Source: Nitrospira sp.
GTDB lineage: Bacteria; Nitrospirota; Nitrospiria; Nitrospirales; Nitrospiraceae
Direction: 5' to 3'
Assembly (NCBI GenBank): GCA_047150005.1
Contig: AP038806.1
Span: forward strand, 480,001 to 544,000
Length of the DNA stretch: 64,000 nt
Positions 60,038 through 64,000 of the stretch are shown one piece after another. A model generated the notes under the pieces. It did not search any database, was not told the origin of the DNA, and was given only the letters and a program-made list of their open reading frames with translations. The position numbers and the translations under genes are program-made. Numbering within the stretch: position 1 is the stretch's first letter; every line of letters starts with the position of its first letter.

Positions 60038-63000
60038 AGTTCAATGGGGCCACGGCATTTCTTCCGTGGAATCTGGACGCCGGGGAATCGATGGGATGGC
60101 GGGCCTACTGGCTTCAATGGGGCCACGGCATTTCTGCCGTGGAATCGAGCCTGGACGACTTCGCGCGGAGCGCGATCTCCGCGCAGCTTCAATGGGGCCA
60201 CGGCATTTCTGCCGTGGAATCCGCGCAATGAAGACGACGCCTTGCGCCTGGTAGAGGCTTCAATGGGGCCACGGCATTTCTGCCGTGGAATCCTGATTCA
60301 GCAGGCACACAATCTCGCCGGCATGGAGGCTTCAATGGGGCCACGGCATTTCTGCCGTGGAATCCCGATCACTTCGGTGTAGGGCTTCGCGGCATGCGGC
60401 GGGCTTCAATGGGGCCACGGCATTTCTGCCGTGGAATCCCCCTTGTCCTTCGATCATCTTCTGCGTGAGATCTTTTCGCTTCAATGGGGCCACGGCATTT
60501 CTGCCGTGGAATCGGTGGCTGGACGCATCTGAATCTCCCGGCCGAGTACGCTTCAATGGGGCCACGGCATTTCTGCCGTGGAATCCCCCGTATTCAGAAC
60601 CGCCCGCGCCGCCGTGCCCCCGCTTCAATGGGGCCACGGCATTTCTGCCGTGGAATCGTGACGGTGACGGTGATCGGATGACCAATAATAGGAGGGCTTC
60701 AATGGGGCCACGGCATTTCTGCCGTGGAATCCGCAACTCAGTGAGGAGATGTGGACCTATCTCCAGGGCTTCAATGGGGCCACGGCATTTCTGCCGTGGA
60801 ATCGACCCTCGCGAAAATTCTGCAAGCCGCGAAGATTCTGCTTCAATGGGGCCACGGCATTTCTGCCGTGGAATCCCGCTTTGGTGCGGTACATCGCTTT
60901 GCGTCCAGGCCGCTTCAATGGGGCCACGGCATTTCTGCCGTGGAATCCCGCTTTGGTGCGGTACATCGCTTTGCGTCCAGGCCGCTTCAATGGGGCCACG
61001 GCATTTCTGCCGTGGAATCTGACTGGTTTCTCGACGCGGTTGAGCCAGTTCGCAATGCTTCAATGGGGCCACGGCATTTCTGCCGTGGAATCCCGGTGAA
61101 TACGTGCGCGGCAATGTCCACACGGCCAACCTGCTTCAATGGGGCCACGGCATTTCTGCCGTGGAATCCGGTGAGCGGGTCTGATGTCATCGGCGCGGCG
61201 CTCAAGCTTCAATGGGGCCACGGCATTTCTGCCGTGGAATCTGAGCAGTTGAATCGGCAACCAGGCCGCACCTTGGCCGCTTCAATGGGGCCACGGCATT
61301 TCTGCCGTGGAATCCGGGGCATCGCATGGCGGCAGTACTCAATGGTCGGTTGCTTCAATGGGGCCACGGCATTTCTGCCGTGGAATCTCCGGCGTCGGCT
61401 TTTTGATGAGATAGGGCTCTTGGCTTCAATGGGGCCACGGCATTTCTGCCGTGGAATCCAGGGCGCGGAAGGTACGAGTGACTGTGTGATCCTCCGGGCT
61501 TCAATGGGGCCACGGCATTTCTGCCGTGGAATCCCCGGTATCGGGCGCTCGTCAATTTGGCATTGACGGGCGCTTCAATGGGGCCACGGCATTTCTGCCG
61601 TGGAATCACTGGCTATGGTCGCTCCATGCTGATGCCGCACAACTGCTTCAATGGGGCCACGGCATTTCTGCCGTGGAATCCCCTGACCGTCCCGGCCGAA
61701 CGCATGGCGATGACGCTCGCTTCAATGGGGCCACGGCATTTCTGCCGTGGAATCCTCCATTATGTCATCCCAACAGCCGGCTAATACCCGGCGCTTCAAT
61801 GGGGCCACGGCATTTCTGCCGTGGAATCCTTCGCCATGCCGCACGAGCGCGCCGTAGCCTTGCCCCGCTTCAATGGGGCCACGGCATTTCTGCCGTGGAA
61901 TCATGAGGGCTGGTTGAAGCCCCATGCCACGCGCACGTTGCTTCAATGGGGCCACGGCATTTCTGCCGTGGAATCGACATCGGAGCCGCCTGGGGTGGAT
62001 GACCTCGACACGCTTCAATGGGGCCACGGCATTTCTGCCGTGGAATCCCCTAGGATCAGTCACTCCATGCCTCATCATTACCGAGCTTCAATGGGGCCAC
62101 GGCATTTCTGCCGTGGAATCCGCGCTTGCATCGCGTTATCGGGCACGGCCACGCGCCTGCTTCAATGGGGCCACGGCATTTCTGCCGTGGAATCGCTGTC
62201 GGCCTCGTGTTCGAGACCGATCCCATGTCTTGCTTCAATGGGGCCACGGCATTTCTGCCGTGGAATCCCCTAGGATCAGTCACTCCATGCCTCATCATTA
62301 CCGAGCTTCAATGGGGCCACGGCATTTCTGCCGTGGAATCCGCGCTTGCATCGCGTTATCGGGCACGGCCACGCGCCTGCTTCAATGGGGCCACGGCATT
62401 TCTGCCGTGGAATCGCTGTCGGCCTCGTGTTCGAGACCGATCCCATGTCTTGCTTCAATGGGGCCACGGCATTTCTGCCGTGGAATCTGTTCGCGACCGG
62501 CAACCGACGTGGATCACATCATGCCAGCTTCAATGGGGCCACGGCATTTCTGCCGTGGAATCGACATCGACCTGTTGCCGTGAGATTGGGACAGTTCGGC
62601 TTCAATGGGGCCACGGCATTTCTGCCGTGGAATCGATAGGTGGTGCTCTGGATCAGGCCCGTCAGATTGGCGCTTCAATGGGGCCACGGCATTTCTGCCG
62701 TGGAATCGCCGCGACTAGCCACCGCCGAACCTCACATCCGTCGTGCTTCAATGGGGCCACGGCATTTCTGCCGTGGAATCCACCGATGCGCAAACCGCAC
62801 CCACGACGACATGGGTGCTTCAATGGGGCCACGGCATTTCTGCCGTGGAATCCGAGATCGATCGGATCGACGGGCAAGAACAGATCGTAGCTTCAATGGG
62901 GCCACGGCATTTCTGCCGTGGAATCTTCAGACACCCTATCCGCACAGCGTGCTCTTTGGGATGCTTCAATGGGGCCACGGCATTTCTGCCGTGGAATCGA

Positions 63001-63730
63001 TTGCGGATACGTCGTTCGCCGCCTCCGCGCTCAACGCTTCAATGGGGCCACGGCATTTCTGCCGTGGAATCCGAACCCGCGGCTCGCGTAATTGCTCGAC
63101 ACATTCCCGCTTCAATGGGGCCACGGCATTTCTGCCGTGGAATCTGTGTGGTTGGGTTCATCGCCAAATAGAAGGACATCGCTTCAATGGGGCCACGGCA
63201 TTTCTGCCGTGGAATCCCAGCGACAAACGCGGCATTCTCGCCACCAACCCGTACGCTTCAATGGGGCCACGGCATTTCTGCCGTGGAATCCTCCATTATG
63301 TCATCCCAACAGCCGGCTAATACCCGGCGCTTCAATGGGGCCACGGCATTTCTGCCGTGGAATCCTTCGCCATGCCGCACGAGCGCGCCGTAGCCTTGCC
63401 CCGCTTCAATGGGGCCACGGCATTTCTGCCGTGGAATCATGAGGGCTGGTTGAAGCCCCATGCCACGCGCACGTTGCTTCAATGGGGCCACGGCATTTCT
63501 GCCGTGGAATCGACATCGGAGCCGCCTGGGGTGGATGACCTCGACACGCTTCAATGGGGCCACGGCATTTCTGCCGTGGAATCCCCTAGGATCAGTCACT
63601 CCATGCCTCATCATTACCGAGCTTCAATGGGGCCACGGCATTTCTGCCGTGGAATCCGCGCTTGCATCGCGTTATCGGGCACGGCCACGCGCCTGCTTCA
63701 ATGGGGCCACGGCATTTCTGCCGTGGAATC
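60038..63730 (-). CRISPR. CRISPR array, 51 repeats and 50 spacers (35-40 nt, 40 unique), type I-G(I-U)-like
   Basis: 36-nt repeat GATTCCACGGCAGAAATGCCGTGGCCCCATTGAAGC (minus strand); degenerate terminal repeat at 60038-60073; leader and cas2 at the right end. Confidence 0.98.
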
Positions 63731-63941
63731 AGTTCTCGCGGATGTGCATGCTCTTCTTGGCATCCCGGCTCACCATGCGAGCGATAGTCTCTTCACACGA
63801 AAATATCTCCATGTCAAACAATAGGTATCACCTCCTTTTCAAAAACTAACTGCTACACATCCAGGCACTTACCATCTCGCGAGCGCTTCCGGTGATTTGA
63901 CCGGCATATGACCGCTCGCACTAGACGCTAGACAGGAACAA
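63731..63941 (-). promoter_or_regulatory. CRISPR leader
   Basis: Non-coding, partly AT-rich, lies between cas2 and the first intact repeat; repeated GCGAGCG motif. Confidence 0.75.
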
Positions 63942-64000
63942 TCACACTACTTGGGCACGCCGCTCGACTTGTACGAAGGCCTGGCCCAACGATTCGATAC
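63942..64000 (-). CDS. cas2: 3' end of CRISPR-associated endonuclease Cas2 (partial)
   Basis: Translates IESLGQAFVQVERRAQVV-stop, a Cas2-like C-terminus, next to the leader. Confidence 0.65.
   Translation of the reverse strand, partial: IESLGQAFVQVERRAQVV

Noticed and set aside
60222..60256. Spacer translating RNEDDALRLVE, reminiscent of a VRR-NUC C-terminus
   Set aside because: Too generic to support an assignment.
60044..63849. Many ORFs with repeated peptides (ASMGPRHFCRGI, FNGATAFLPWN, LQWGHGISAVES)
   Set aside because: These are translations of the CRISPR repeat, not proteins.

Overview
High-GC bacterial chromosome segment, probably from Nitrospira/Nitrospirota (inferred from gene order and repeat types, not from a database search). 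It has four blocks. (1) 1-23.2 kb: a surface-polysaccharide cluster, mostly on the minus strand. It encodes Wzm/Wzt, several SAM methyltransferases including a WbdD-like coiled-coil protein, a radical SAM enzyme, two SGNH membrane proteins, an AsnB-type amidotransferase, Wbp-type sugar enzymes, and UpxY and MarR-type regulators. An ~80-aa module that I cannot assign to a known family recurs four times here, fused to three unrelated enzymes. (2) 23.3-47.1 kb: LPS core and lipid A operon from bamA through skp x2, fabZ, lpxA, lpxI, gnnA-like, lpxB, msbA, DUF374, waaA, lpxK and waaF-gmhB to several glycosyltransferases. It contains a MITE inserted in a stop codon and a DUF374 gene split at an A9 slippery run. 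(3) 47.3-56.3 kb: galU, lon, thiL, DUF2062, an HD hydrolase and hypothetical genes. (4) 56.4-64 kb: a defence and mobility hotspot. It holds MntA/HepT, an IS30 inserted into a REP arm that supplies the transposase stop codon, an hsdM remnant, a solitary type I-E-like repeat, a deleted AbrB-PIN pair and Phd-RelE. It ends in a type I-G-like CRISPR array (51 repeats, 50 spacers, with block-duplicated spacers), its leader and the 3' end of cas2.
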